Source of the DNA: Octopus vulgaris | Lineage: Eukaryota | Length of the DNA: 64,000 nucleotides | Assembly (NCBI GenBank): GCA_951406725.2 | Contig: OX597838.1 | Coordinates: 26,970,001 to 27,034,000, forward strand | Reading direction: 5' to 3' | In this document: positions 31,767-45,539 of the stretch, in pieces | How positions within the stretch are numbered: position 1 is the stretch's first letter | How the letters are laid out: each line of letters begins with the position of its first letter | Position numbers and translations under genes: made by a program | The notes under the pieces: generated by a model | Told to the model about the DNA's origin: nothing | Seen by the model: only the letters and a program-made list of their open reading frames with translations | Databases searched by the model: none

Positions 31767-32433
31767 TTAGCATTAGAATGGGCATCTGGTTATAATAGTT
31801 AGCATTAGGATGGGCATCTGGCTATAAGGGTTAACATTAGGATGGGCATCTAGCTATAAGGGTTAGCATTAGGATAGGCATCTAGCTATAAGGGTTAGCA
31901 TTAGGATGGGCATCTGGCTATAAGGGTTAACATTAGGATGGGCACCTGGCTATAAGGGTTAGCATTAGGATGGGCATCTGGCTATAAGGGTTAACATTAG
32001 GATGGGCATATAGCTATAAAGGTTAGTATTAGGATGGGCATCTAGCTATAAGGGTTAGCATTAGGATGGGCATCTGGCTATAAGGGTTAACATTAGGATG
32101 GGCACCTGGCTATAAGGGTTAGCATTAGGATGGGCATCTGGCTATAAGGGTTAACATTAGGATGGGCATATAGCTATAAAGGTTAGTATTAGGATGGGCA
32201 TCTAGCTATAAGGGTTAGCATTAGGATGGGCATCTAGCTATAAGGGTTAGCATTAGGATGGGCATCTAGCTATAAGGGTTAACATTAAGATGGGCATCTA
32301 GCTATAAGGGTTAACATTAGGATGGGCATCTAGCTATAAGGGTTAACATTAGGCCTGTCATCTGGCTACAAGATTTAGCATTAGCATGGGCATCTGACTA
32401 TAAGGGTTAGCTTTAGGATGGGCATCTGGCTAT
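31767..32433 (+). repeat. 32-bp minisatellite (ttagcattaggatgggcatctggctataaggg) x ~21
   Basis: Visible period; diagnostic variants recur at 160-bp spacing. Confidence 0.95.
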
Positions 32434-32464
32434 ACAACAATGCCTCAAAATAATATTCATCAAA

Positions 32465-32700
32465 CCCAGAGGTTCTCAACCATTTTTTTGCCAATGGACC
32501 CCTTTGATTCTTATTTTCCTGAGGTGGACCCTCCTAGCCATTCACTGTTTAAAAAATCCTATATTTTTATAATCCAACATTATTAGGATTTGTATTAAAA
32601 AAAAATTGTTAAAATATTTTGTGTATTGAATCAGTATAAAAAGTTTATTGGACACAGATTTTAACAAAAAAATCTTACATGAACCCCGAAGGGTCATAAG
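32465..32700 (+). mobile_element. hAT-type MITE (related copy ~41936-42185)
   Basis: cagaggttctcaac / cagcgtttctcaac starts and a shared ggacc..tttgattc..cctagccatt body. Confidence 0.55.
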
Positions 32701-33346
32701 CCCATACTAGCATGGGTGGGGGAAAATGCAAAGCAAATGAACAAACAGATGAGAGGTAGGTTTATAAAATATCAGATCTTGTGTATCATCTCAGAATGAC
32801 AAAATGACGAGGTTTTTTTTCTCTACTTTCCTCAATGTCAGATAAAGGGTGCTTCAATGCCCCAAAGTCTCTCACAGAAAGACAAAGTCACTTGCTAACC
32901 AACCACATGGTTCCGGGTTCAGTCCCACTGCGTGGCACCTTGGGCATGTGTCTTCTACTATAGCCCCGGGCCGACCAATACCTTGTGAGTGGATTTGGTA
33001 GACGGAAACTGAAAGAAGCCCGTCGTATATATGTATATATATATGTCTGTGCGTGTATGTTTGTGTGTCTGTGTTTGTCCCCCTAGCATTGCTTGACAGC
33101 CAATGCGGGTGTGTTTATGTCCCCGTTACTTAGCGGTTCGGCAAAAGAGACCGATAGAATAAGTACTGGGCTTACAAAAGAATAAGTCCCGGGGTCGAGT
33201 TGCTCGATTAAAGGCGGTGCTCCAGCATGGCCACAGTCAAATGACTGAAACAAGTAAAAGAGTAAAGAGTAAGAGTAAGCCACCAATGGAGCCTCTATGT
33301 GGTCGCTTGGCCTGCTAGAAATAGCAGCTAACACCCTTAATCTCTC

Positions 33347-33573
33347 TTAACCTTTTTGTTACCATATATTCTGTTGAGATGCTCTGTGTTTCTTTGAATT
33401 AATTTTAAATATATAGGAAAGTGAAATAACTTAGTTGTCATTAAGCTAGTGTTAGGAACATAAATTGTGACTAAGGTTTGGTGGAAGACTTGAATTCAGA
33501 ACTTATGAAAACAAGACATTTGTAATACAGAGCCAGAGGCGGTTTCAAGCGGGGTTTGTATCGAAGGGGCTAA
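33347..33573 (+). mobile_element. piggyBac-like MITE
   Basis: TTAA-cctttttgttacc ... tgtatcgaagggg-ctaa degenerate termini. Confidence 0.45.
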
Positions 33574-34217
33574 ATCATACACCCACTTCCCACTACCATC
33601 CCCATTGTCAGAACATAGATAATGTAATAATCTCTTTTACTTGTTTTGCTCATGGCCATGCTGGGGCACCGCTTTGAAGTATGTAGTAGACCCTAGTACA
33701 TTTTTTTTTAAAGTCTGATACTTATTGCATCAGTTTCCTTTTGCCAAACTGCTAAGTTACAGGGACATAAACAAACCAAGACCAGGTGTCAAGTGGTAGT
33801 GGGACACACAGACACACACACACACACGACAGTTTCCATCGACTAAATATACTCACAAAGCTTTGGTCAGTCTGGGGCTATAAGTAGAAGCCACTTGCCC
33901 AAGGTTCCACAGAGTGGGACTGAACCCAGAACCGTGGGATTGGGAAGCCAAACTTCTTACCGTACTTCCACACCTGTGCCTATAGTACTGAATGATATTA
34001 AAAAGGCAGGACTGTTATGGTTGGAAAGCTTTAGACAATAAAGGAAAAACCTGGGGCTAAACCACTGCGTATATTTTGTTTACCTTATTTCTGGGATCAA
34101 ATCTCACCAGGGGAATTTGATCTGAGGGAAAGACGGAAGGAGAGGAAATAAAACAAGGGGGTTTTCTTTATTAGTTTCCTTAAGTATGTCTTTCTGTTAA
34201 CTTGTTGCTTTGTATGA

Positions 34218-34249
<32 letters not shown>

Positions 34250-37200
34250 GGAAGAGAGAGGAGAGGAGATAGAGAATGGAGAGTGAGGAGGAGAGAGATG
34301 GTGAGAGAGGAGAGCGGAAGAGAAGGAGAGCGAGGTGATCTTTTAACCTGGTGGTCTCACAACCAGTGTAATGCGACACACAAAAGTTTGCATAATGCCA
34401 TTAATAATGGTTTCAAATTTCAGCGCAAGGCCAGTAGTTTTTAAGGGGAGGGGCAGAAGTTAATGACATCAACTCCTGTACTTGACTGGAACTTTGCGCT
34501 AATGATTCTGCCAGCTTACCACCTTCATTACCAATATCATTAATAATAGTTTCTAATTTCAGCAATGAACAACAACAATGGCAACGCCGACACCTACAAA
34601 GAATCGGAAAAATTGCTGTTAAGTATTTTGTTCAGTGTAGTAATGGTCTTGCCAGTTCACTGCCTTAGTGATTGTTTCAAATTTCAGCACAAGGCCAGCA
34701 GTTTCTGGGGGGAAGTTGGCTAAGTCAGTTACACTGACCCCCCTTGGCCAAATAAGTTACGTCAACCCTTGTGCTTAACTGGTACTCTTTTTATTGACCC
34801 CGAAAGGATGAAAGGCAAAGTTGACCTCAGCAGAATTTGAACTCAGAACATAAAGACAAATGAAATACCTATTTCTTTGCTACCCACAAGGGGCTAAACA
34901 CAGAGAGGACAATCAAAGACAGACAAATAGATTAAGTCGATTACATCGACCCCAGTGCATAACTGGTACTTAATTTATCGACCCCGAAAGGATGAAAGGC
35001 AAAGTCGACCTCAGCGGAATTTGAACTCAGAATGTAATGGCAGACGAAATACGGCTATGCATTTCGCCCGGCGTGCTAACGTTTCTGCCAGCTCGCCGCC
35101 TTAAATCTATACTTTTAATAACCACATTAATAACAGCTTCAATTGCATCAATTGTATTCAACTGGTACTTATTTTATCGACCCCGAAAGGATGAAAGGCA
35201 AAGATGATCTTAACGGAATTTGAACTCAGAACATAAACATGGACAAAACACTGCTAAGCATTTGGCCTACCATGCTAATGATTCTAATTTCGATACAGGG
35301 CAAGCAGTTTTCGAGAGGAGGGTGAGGTTGATTACATTGACCCCGGTACTTGAGTACTTATTCTATTGACCCCGAAAGGATCAAAGGCTACGTCAACCGC
35401 AGTGGCATTTGAACTTAGAATGGAAAGCGCTGGAAGGAAATGCTACTTAACCTTTTAATCTGGTGCAGTAATAGTTCAGCTGGCTCACCACCATAATGAT
35501 TTCAGATTTTGGCACAAGACCAGCAATTTGTGGGGAAGGAGTAAGTTGCTTACACTGACCCCAGTGCTCAACTTTTATCCACCCTGAATGGATGAAAGGC
35601 AAAGTCATCCTTCATATTTCTTTATTACCCACAAGGGGCTAAACACAGAGAGGACAAACAAGGACAGACAAATGGATTAAGTCAATTACATCGACCCCAG
35701 TGCGTAACTGGTACTTATTTAATCGACCCCGAAAGGATGAAAAGCAAAGTCGACCTCGGCGGAATTTGAACTCAGAATGTAAAGACGGACAAAATGCTGT
35801 TAAGCATTTCGCCCGGCGCGCTAACGATTCTGCCAGCTCGCCGCCTTAAGGCAAAGTCATCCTTGGCAGAATTTGAACTCTTGAATTCAGAATGTAAAGA
35901 TGGGCAAAATGCTACTAAGCATGTTGCCTGGCGTGCTAACGGCTCTTCCAACTTACTTCCTCAAATCTATAGTTTTAATAACAACATTAATAATGGCTTC
36001 AAATTTTGGCACGGGGCCAGCACTTGGCGGGGGAGCTATGCCAGTTACATTGACCCTTGCACTTAACAGGTACTATTTTAATCGATCTCTGTGTGAAAAT
36101 GTGGAAAATACACAAGGACATAAAAAAAATACCAGACAATATTGAATGTGAGGTTCTGCTGGATAAACATGGAATTGGCATGAATGAAGGACTCCAAAAG
36201 AGTCAGTGATGCTGCTTGTAGTGGGGCAGGCAGCTCATTTCCATTTTTCATTTCATACTCTTTTACTCTCTTTTACTTGTTTCGGTCATTTGACTGCAGC
36301 CATGCTGGAGCACCGCCTTTTTAGTCGAGCAAATCAACCCCAGGACTTATTCTTTGTAAGCCCAGTACTTATTCTATCGGTTTCTTTTGCCGAACTGCTA
36401 AGTAACGGGGACATAAACACACCAGCATCGGTTGTCAAGCAATGCTAGGGGGACAAACACAGACACACAAACACACACACGCATATATATATATTTACAT
36501 ATATACGACGGGCTTCTTTCAGTTTCCGTCTACCAAATCCACTCACAAGGCTTTGGTCGGCCCGAGGCTATAGTAGAAGACACTTGCCCAAGGTACCACG
36601 CAGTGGGACTGAACCCGGAACCATGTGATTGGTAAACAAGCTACTTACCACGCAGCCACTCCTGCGCCTCCTTTCATATTATCATTTTATTTCAAGTTTT
36701 GTGTTATATGTCCCCACATGTCTTTGTGTTGTCCCATCCATATTGGCCCTTTGTGGGCAATAAAAAATCAACTCTTTTAATCGACCTCTGAAAGGATGAA
36801 AGGCAAAGTCAACCTTGATAGAATTTGAACTCAGAACATAAAGACAGACAAAATGCCGCTAAGCATATTGCCTGGCATGCTAACAATTCTGCCAGGTCAC
36901 TGCCTTAATCATAATTTAGAATTCTTAAGGCAGTGAGCTGGCAGAATTGTTAGCATGCCGGGTGAAATGCTTAGCAGTATTTTGTCTGCCGCTACATTCT
37001 GAGTTCAAATTCCGCCAAGGTCGACTTTGCTGTTCATCCTTTCAGAGTCTATAAAATAACTACCAGCTGCGTTGCATACTAGGGTCTATCTAATCGACTG
37101 CCCCCCCTCCTCCAAAATTTCGGGCCTTGTGCCTAGAGTAGAAAAGGATAATTTAGAATTCTTACTCTTTTATTCTTTTACTTGTTTCACTCATTTGACT

Positions 37201-38186
37201 GTGGCCATGCTGGAGCACTGCCTTTAGTCGAGCAAATCGACCCCAAGACTTATTCTTTGTAAGCCTAGTACTTATTCTATCAGTCTCTTTTGTTGAACTA
37301 CTAAGTTACAGGAATGTAAACACATCAGCATCGGTTGTCAAGCGATGTTGGGGGGGACAAACACAGACACACAAACACATATATACACACGACAGGCTTA
37401 TTTCAGCTTCCATCTACTAAATCTACTCACAAGGCTTTGGTTGACCTAGGGCTATAGTAGAAGACACTTGCCCAAGATGCCATGCAGTGGAACTGAACCC
37501 GGAACCATGTGGTTGGTAAGCAAGCTACTTATCACACAGTCACTCCTGCACCTATATATATATATATATATATATATCACAGGCTTCTTTCAGTTTCCAT
37601 CTACCAAATCCACTGACAAGGCTTTGGTCAGCCTGAGGCTATAGTAGAAGACACTTGCTCAAGGTGTGACAGAGTGGGACAGAACCCCGTACCATGTGAA
37701 TGAGAAGCAAGCTTCTTACCCACAGCCATGCCTACATTTTTTTTAAAGGTTAATCTTTAATTTTTCAATCAAGTGTGCCACAATATTTCGTGTACCATTG
37801 GTAAAAAAAAAATGAGAACTACTGCTTTAACCTGTTAGGCTGTTAGAAATAACAGCCAAATTTCCCTCAAACCACCACCACCCTAACCACACCATCTTCG
37901 AAAAGAAAGGATATACTTGATGGCATACCTACACACCCTGCCCCCACTCACCCACCTTTGTTTCCACATAATGGCTATTTTTTAACAAATTTTTTAGGTT
38001 CTTTTCAGGTGGTGTAATTTACGATTACATCAGAATTAGTTTGGAAAAACATTTTTCAAAAAAGAACAGAGGAGTTTTGATTAATTCACAAAAGTCAACT
38101 TTGTTTCTTCATAACTTTCAGAAAAACAGGTTTTTTTATAATGATATTTTCTACAAAGACTTATCAGATGGGGTAGATTATGATTA

Positions 38187-38726
38187 CAGTAATCCCTCGC
38201 CACATCGCAGTTCACCTATCATGGTTTATTATTTAAACTAACGCCAATTCCTCTGTGGTACTGTTTTGCATTTATAATAAAATAAATATATTTTTTTTTT
38301 TATTTATGCGCCCTTTTCAAGCCTAGTCAGGCTCATGGGCCTGGTTTCCTGGTTTCTATGGCGTATGTGTACCCTCCAGCTGGACAGGACGCCAGTCCAT
38401 CGCAGGGTTACTCAAGAAACAGGAAGAAAGAGTGAGAGAAAGTTGGGGCGAAAGAGTACAACAGGAGTTGCCACCACCCCCTGCTGGAGCCTTGTGGAGT
38501 TTTAGGTGTTTTCGCTCAATAAACACACACAACACCCGGTCTGGGAATCGAAACCGTGAGTCCGCTGCCCTAACCACCGGGCCACTGCACCTCCACAAAA
38601 TAAATATATACAGATAATAAAAATAATGAAAAAATATACAATACAGTACTATATCTACTTCATGAATTTTCACTTATCGCAGGGGGCTTTGGAACGTAAC
38701 ACCCAATGATAGTTGAGGGGTTACTG
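38187..38726 (+). mobile_element. Tc1/pogo(Tigger)-like MITE interrupted by a SINE (~38300-38595)
   Basis: TA-cagtaatccctc ... gaggggttactg-TA termini. Confidence 0.7.
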
Positions 38727-39714
38727 TATATCGGAATTTAATGTGAAAAAGGGAATAAAAAAAACTGGTATCCATGCCCACATACACCTATCGTGGCACT
38801 CCGTCGGTTACAACGAGGGTTCCAGTTGATTCAGTCAACAGAGCAGCCTGCTCATGAAATTAACCTGCAAGTGGCTGAGTACTCCACAGACACATGTACC
38901 TTTAACGTAGTTCTTGGGGAGATTCAGCATGACACAGACTGTGACAAGGTTGACCCCTTTGAAATAGAAGTACAACAGAAACAGGAAGAAAGAGTGAGAG
39001 AAAGTTGTGGTGAAAGAGTACAGCAGGGGTTGCCACCACTCCCTGCTGGAACCTCATGGAGCTTTAGGTGTTTTCACTCAATAAACACAACACCCGGGCT
39101 GGGAATCGAAACTGCAATCCTACAACTGCAAGTCTGCTGCCCTAACCACTGGGCCATTGCGTCTCCACACATACACCTGTACTCACTGACACACATCAGA
39201 TATATAACTACATGCTCAAACTTGAAATATTGGAAGCATTATGTGATGTATGTCAGTATTTAGGTGTACACGTCTACCAATTTTTCTCCCCACCCGCTAT
39301 TACATTCCGATAGAATCGTATTCTATACCATCTGAAAGGTATTTGTAGAAAAAGTTAATGAAAAAATAGCTATTTCTCTGAACGTTATGAGGAAACAAAG
39401 TCATTGGGGGTGGGGAGCGACTTTGTGTAGGTCTGCTCACTTGATAATGTAGTTTTATTCTTTTTTTTAAATTTTATTCTTTCACTTGTTTCAGCCATTT
39501 GACTGCGGCTATGCTGGAGCACCACCTTGAAGGATTTTAGTTGAAAAAAATCAACCCCAGGACTTACGCTTTAGGCCTTGTACTTATTCTATCGGTTTCT
39601 TTTGCCGAACTGCTAAGTTACGGGGATGTGAACACATAAATACCGGTTGTCAAGCGGTGGGAAGGGGGGCAAAAACAGACACAGAGACACACACACACAG
39701 AAGTTCATACGTGC

Positions 39715-39752
<38 letters not shown>

Positions 39753-39847
39753 CGGAGTAAACACATAAATGTGAAACAAGGTGGAAAAAAGAGTACTCAA
39801 ATACCAGGGGTAGAGTAATATGCTTTATTTAAAAGCAGCAGAAATTC

Positions 39848-39900
39848 AACAAAACCTGTTACTCGGAGTTTCACGTTCCCGTTCGTCGGACAGTTTTGTT
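39848..39900 (-). ncRNA. Type I hammerhead ribozyme motif (CCGACGA core variant, GUA triplet)
   Basis: Minus strand reads aacaaaactgt CCGACGA acg-ggaa-cgt GAA actc-c-gagt A acaggttttgtt; all three stems pair. Confidence 0.75.
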
Positions 39901-40433
39901 AAAATAGAGCCGATATGACAATATATATATATAATATATATAATATGACAATATATATATAAAGAGAGAGAGATACGACAGCATACTCTCAGTTTCCGTC
40001 TACCAAATCCACTCACAAGGTTTTGGTCAGCCTGAGATTATAGTAGAAGACACTTGCCCAAGGTATCATGCAGTAGGACTGAACCTGGAAACATGCGGTT
40101 GGGAAGCAAGCAAACAAATAAAAATCAATAAATTTATAGCCGAAGGCATAGATCTGAGAGTAAGAAGCTTGCTACCCAACGATGTTTTCTTGGATTCAGT
40201 GAGGCACCTTGGGCAAGTGTCTTCTACTATAGCCCCGCGCCGACCAAAGCTTAGTGAATGGATTTGGTAGATGGACAGTGTGTGGAAGATCATCGCATAT
40301 GTGTGTATGTGTGTTTACGCCTTCCCAGAGTTGATTTGTTAATGTTCCCGTAATATAGCGGTTCAGCGAAAGAGAACAATAGAATAAGTACCCAAGCTTA
40401 GAAAAGAAAAAAGAAAAAGTGACTGGGGTAGAT

Positions 40434-40705
40434 TCAATATAAAGATCTTCACCTGTGAACAGAAAAAAAAAAAAATAATAATAATAAACCATCCTGCTGG
40501 GCGTTAATATGTAGGAAACGAATATGAAAAAAAAATTTGCGCTAACGACTTTTGGAAAATTCACAAGATCCGATTTTCCGTTATAACTTTCGGTAAAATG
40601 GATATATATTGATTTCTTTTTACAGAATCTCACGTTTTTGGTTATGGAGGAATCGATTCTGAAAAAAAAATTTTCTAAATTTCAAAAGTTTAATTTGCCC
40701 CCCCC

Positions 40706-40746
<41 letters not shown>

Positions 40747-41114
40747 AAGCTAGCCACATGCTAGAAATAACAGCCAAATCTACTCACCTTTCTGCAAAGA
40801 TTTCTTTCAGAGTAATTCCAGCGTAATTGAAATCTTGAAAAAGCGATTTTTGAAATCTTTTTTTCCAGAATCGGATCCTCCATAACCAAAAACGTAGGAT
40901 TTCGTAAAAAAAAAAATGAATATAAATCCATTTTACCGAAAGTAATGACGGACAAATCGGATCTTGTGAATTTTCCGAAGTCCTCTCCCCCACCCCCACC
41001 CACCAGGGTCGTTAGCGCAATTTTTTTTTATCATATCCGTTTTCTACATACTTATTAACACCCTGGCTGGTTTATTTATTTATTTTTGTCCACGGGTGAA
41101 GATCTTTATATTGA
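40434..41114. mobile_element. Foldback element with ~260-bp inverted arms, inserted in a SINE
   Basis: tcaatataaagatcttcac... / ...gtgaagatctttatattga; arms align throughout; the host SINE resumes at gctccagcatggcc (~41118). Confidence 0.8.
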
Positions 41115-41615
41115 CAGCTCCAGCATGGCCGCAGCCCAATCATTGAAATAACGGATATAACAAGAGCCAGTTGCCTTTGTGTTCTTGGAAGAATGAGTTA
41201 TGACGAAAGAAGGGTGAGAGAATCAGATACGACTGGGAATATATTAACGGATTGTTATCTATTTCTAGCAGGAAGGACTTCCTTGATGCAAAAAGTTCGC
41301 AAAGAAGTTAGTTTTGATCTGGGAAAGAAGAAAACTTTGACATTTTGTGGTTGTTGGTGGTGGTGATGGTGGTGCACTACCGTCGGAAAGAAATTAAATT
41401 TCTAGTGTTCGGTTCGGTTGTTGATTGAAGAACAGGAAAAGGTGGCAGTCCAGTCTCTTCAACAATCATGTTTTTCAACATCGCCGTGTTACATATATAT
41501 ATTTTTTTCGAACAAACACACGTCCTTTCTCTCGCCACAAACACATACATACATACATAGACAGACAGACAGGTAGGTGGTAGATAGATAGATAGATAGA
41601 TAGACAGACAGATAA

Positions 41616-41680
<65 letters not shown>

Positions 41681-41843
41681 AGTATAATACACGAAACTGT
41701 CTGCCCTTGGGTCGCTTGCAATTTTACAACCGAATAAAAAAATATATGCTATTATATATTGAGTTTTATTATTCCAGTTTGGGCCGTCAAACCCATATAC
41801 ATATATATATCCATATCTATCTGTCAGTCTATCTCTCTCTCTA

Positions 41844-41895
<52 letters not shown>

Positions 41896-42857
41896 ATCTA
41901 TCTATCTATTTATCTATCTATATATATATCTAGATCAGCGTTTCTCAACAATATTTTACCTATGGACCTCTTTGATTCCAATTTTACTTGGATGGACACT
42001 CCTAGCCATTAGCCATTCAGTGTTTAAAAAAATCCTATTATTATTTTTATGATTAAATATTATTTGGAATTGTATAAAAATTGTTGAAATATTTTGTGAA
42101 CTTTAGAAGTATAACCAATTTATTGCAAATACACTTTAGCAACAAAATCTTACTTGGACCCCAAATGCATATAGACCCTGGTTAGATAGATAGATACATG
42201 CACACTCCGCTCGGTCTACAAGAACTGGCAGGGAAATCTCACTCAAATGACACACCCCAGTATCACAAAGTACGTGTATATATTCCTAACACTTTCTTAC
42301 TCCCACCCGGTACCCACCTTCTTTCATTTCTCAGTCTTCCCTGGACTTTCCTCTCATATCCGACGAAAAGGTTATATCCGAAACGTTATAATTTTTACTC
42401 TATAACTCTTACTCCTTCCTTGAGCGTCACCCTAATATGAACTATGAAAGCCCGTTGTACTTTTATTTGCTTTTTGTCGTTGTGTATATGTGTGTAGGCA
42501 CATAGACACACACACGCACACAGAGGCCCTATATTGAGTTTCAAATTTTGGCACAAGGCTAGCAAGTTTGAGGAAAGGGGTAAATCGAAAGGGGGTGAGT
42601 CGGCCTCCGGGGGAACCATGAACTCTGAACGTAAAGACGGGAGAAATTCCGCTAAGAGTTTTTGCCCGGCTTCCTGACAATTCTACCAGCTCGCTGCCTT
42701 CACAAACACACACATATACAACAGACGTCCGTGAAAGAAAGACCAGGATAAAGAAACGTTAGCTAATTATGGAAGAAGTAATGTGGTTGCTGTGGCAATC
42801 AACGACTTCTCATGTCTCAAAACTCTATCGAGACTTTGATCCGTAAAGATGGCCCAC

Positions 42858-42912
<55 letters not shown>

Positions 42913-43262
42913 CGTAACTAATATACATAATCGTCGTCGTCATAATATATACATATACTTAATATGCTTACATAACTTATATAGATATATACATAATTTA
43001 TGTCTGACTAATTTACATAAATAATACACATAAGTAACATGGCTAAATAATAAGCATAATTTATGAAAAATAAAAAAGCATTCATAAGCAGTATGCATGA
43101 ATTATATGATATACATATAATTGATATACATAAATGTACACGAATAATATACATATCCAATATATATATATATATATGACTAATTTACATAAATGTACAT
43201 AAGTCATATACATAACTATAACTAATATATTTACCTATTTTACATAAATCATGTGTCTGTAA

Positions 43263-43298
<36 letters not shown>

Positions 43299-43713
43299 AA
43301 TGTACATGAATGATATAAGTAATAAATAATGCATATAACTAATTTACATAATATATGTAAATGATATATATTAATATTAATAACAAATGTAAATATCTTT
43401 TGTATATTATATATATATACAAAAGTTATTAACAGGAGATGGATTCAGTATTAGGCAAATATATATATATATATATATAACATAACTATGTACATATGCT
43501 ATATATTATATATATAAACACATTATTCAGTTTTCGTTTTTTTTTTACTCGAGTATATTAGAAAAGTTCGTTTCAAAACAGAAATAACTTATTTCTTCTT
43601 TCCTGAAGTTTAAAAACTTTCTTTCTACACCCAAAAAGTTAATATTTTTTTTTTTTCCTGCTAGATCGTTTTAAACTCGAGAATTGTTAATACTTCTTTT
43701 TTTTTTTACTTAC

Positions 43714-43953
43714 CGATCTGTAAACCAGTACTAAATCCGTGTAATCCAGGAACAAACAAAAGTAACTATGCTAATAAATAATCAATCTAAGGTTTTCTAT
43801 TAAATAACTCAGAAGTGAAAAAAAAAAAAAAAAAGGAAACCAATACAGATTCTCTCAACTCAACAAACTTGGATTGTATTTACCTCGAGTGGCTGAAGTT
43901 TGCTTCACTTCAAGGTTTGGGACGAGAAAACCTCAGTTGAATCGCACCTCGTA

Positions 43954-43955
<2 letters not shown>
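43714..43955 (-). other. Possible alternative non-coding 5' exon
   Basis: Strong donor CG|GTAAGT at 43714/43713, second donor GAG|GTAAAT near 43883, ATG-free unique sequence next to a long (GA)/(GT) tract. Confidence 0.3.
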
Positions 43956-44025
<70 letters not shown>

Positions 44026-44534
44026 CACACACACGCACACACACACACTTTCTCACTCTCTCCTTCTCTCTCTCTCCTTTCTATCTCTCTCCCCACTCTC
44101 CCTCTCTCTTCCTTCACTCTCTATCTCACTCTTTTGCTTTTTCATTTGTCACTTCCTTTCTTCCTTTCATTCTTTTTATTTTCTTTCTTATTCCTCCCTC
44201 TCTCTCTTTATCACTTTATCTTTTCTCCTGCTATCTCTCTCTTTCTCTTCTACTCTATTTTTCTCTCCCCACTTTCTTTCTTTCTTTCTCTCTTCCTCTC
44301 TTTCTCCTAATATCTCTCTTCCTCCCTCTTTCTCTCTTTATTTCTTTCTCCCCCTCTCAATGTCTTTTCTCTCTTTCTTTCTCACTCACACACACACATT
44401 TTCTATATCCATGTCCGTTATTCAGCAATCTTTATTTCTTTATTTTGCCTCTCTTTTTCCCTGTCTATCTAAGCTTACATTGCCTGTATCTAGCTCTTAC
44501 TTTCTTTCTGTATCTTCTCTTCCCTCTCTCTCCC

Positions 44535-44631
<97 letters not shown>

Positions 44632-44640
44632 ATCAATATC
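43955..44640. repeat. Long (CT)/(CA)/(CTGT)/(CTAT) microsatellite and polypyrimidine tract
   Basis: Seen directly. Confidence 0.9.
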
Positions 44641-45539
44641 ATTTTCCTTTTTCCTATCTCTCATATATACATAAGCACACTCACATACATGTCTAGAATC
44701 AAGAGATGAAATCCAGTGATGCCGAATATTCTTTTCTACTCTAGGCACAAGGCCTGAAATTTTGGGGGAGGAGGCCAGTCGATTAGATTGACCCCAGTAC
44801 ACAACTGGTACTTAATTTATCGACCTCAAAAGGATAAAAGGCAAAGTCGACCATGGTGGGATTTGAACTCAGAACATAAAGACAGACGAAATACCTATTT
44901 CTTTACTACCCACAAGGGGCTAAATGCAGAGAGGACAAACAAGGACAGACAAACGGATTAAGTCGATTATATCGACTCCAGTGCGTAACTGGGACTTATC
45001 TAATCGACCCTGAAAGGATGAAAGGCAAAGTCGACCTTGGCGTAATTTGAACTCAGAACATAAAGACAGACGAAATATTGCTAAGCATTTCGCCCGGTGT
45101 GCTAACATTTCTGCCAGCTCACCACCTTAGAAATGTTAAATATTGAAAACACTTTGCAGTTCTGGGGTAAAGAGTGATATAATAGGAATCCAGGTAAGCA
45201 GATATGGAGATTATGATGCAAATAAAAAAACTGTTTATTTGCATCATCATCTCTATATATATGTATACATGTATGTATGTACTAAGTACATGTGTGTATA
45301 AATGTATATGTTTGTGTGTCTGTGTTTGTACCCCCACCATTGCTTGACAGCCGATGTTGGTGTGTTTACATTCTCGTAACTTAGCAGTTCAGAAAAAGAA
45401 ACTGATATAATAAGTTCTAGGCTTACGAAGAATAAGTCCTGGGGCCGATTTGTTCAACGAAAGGCAGTGCTCCAGTATGGCTGCAGTCAAATGACTGAAA
45501 CAAGTAAAAAAGTAAAAGAAGATATATATATATATATAG

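Noticed and set aside
41377-41490. Short minus-strand [19 protein letters not shown] with a possible donor
   Set aside because: No recognisable similarity and weak splice signals; cannot be supported as an exon.
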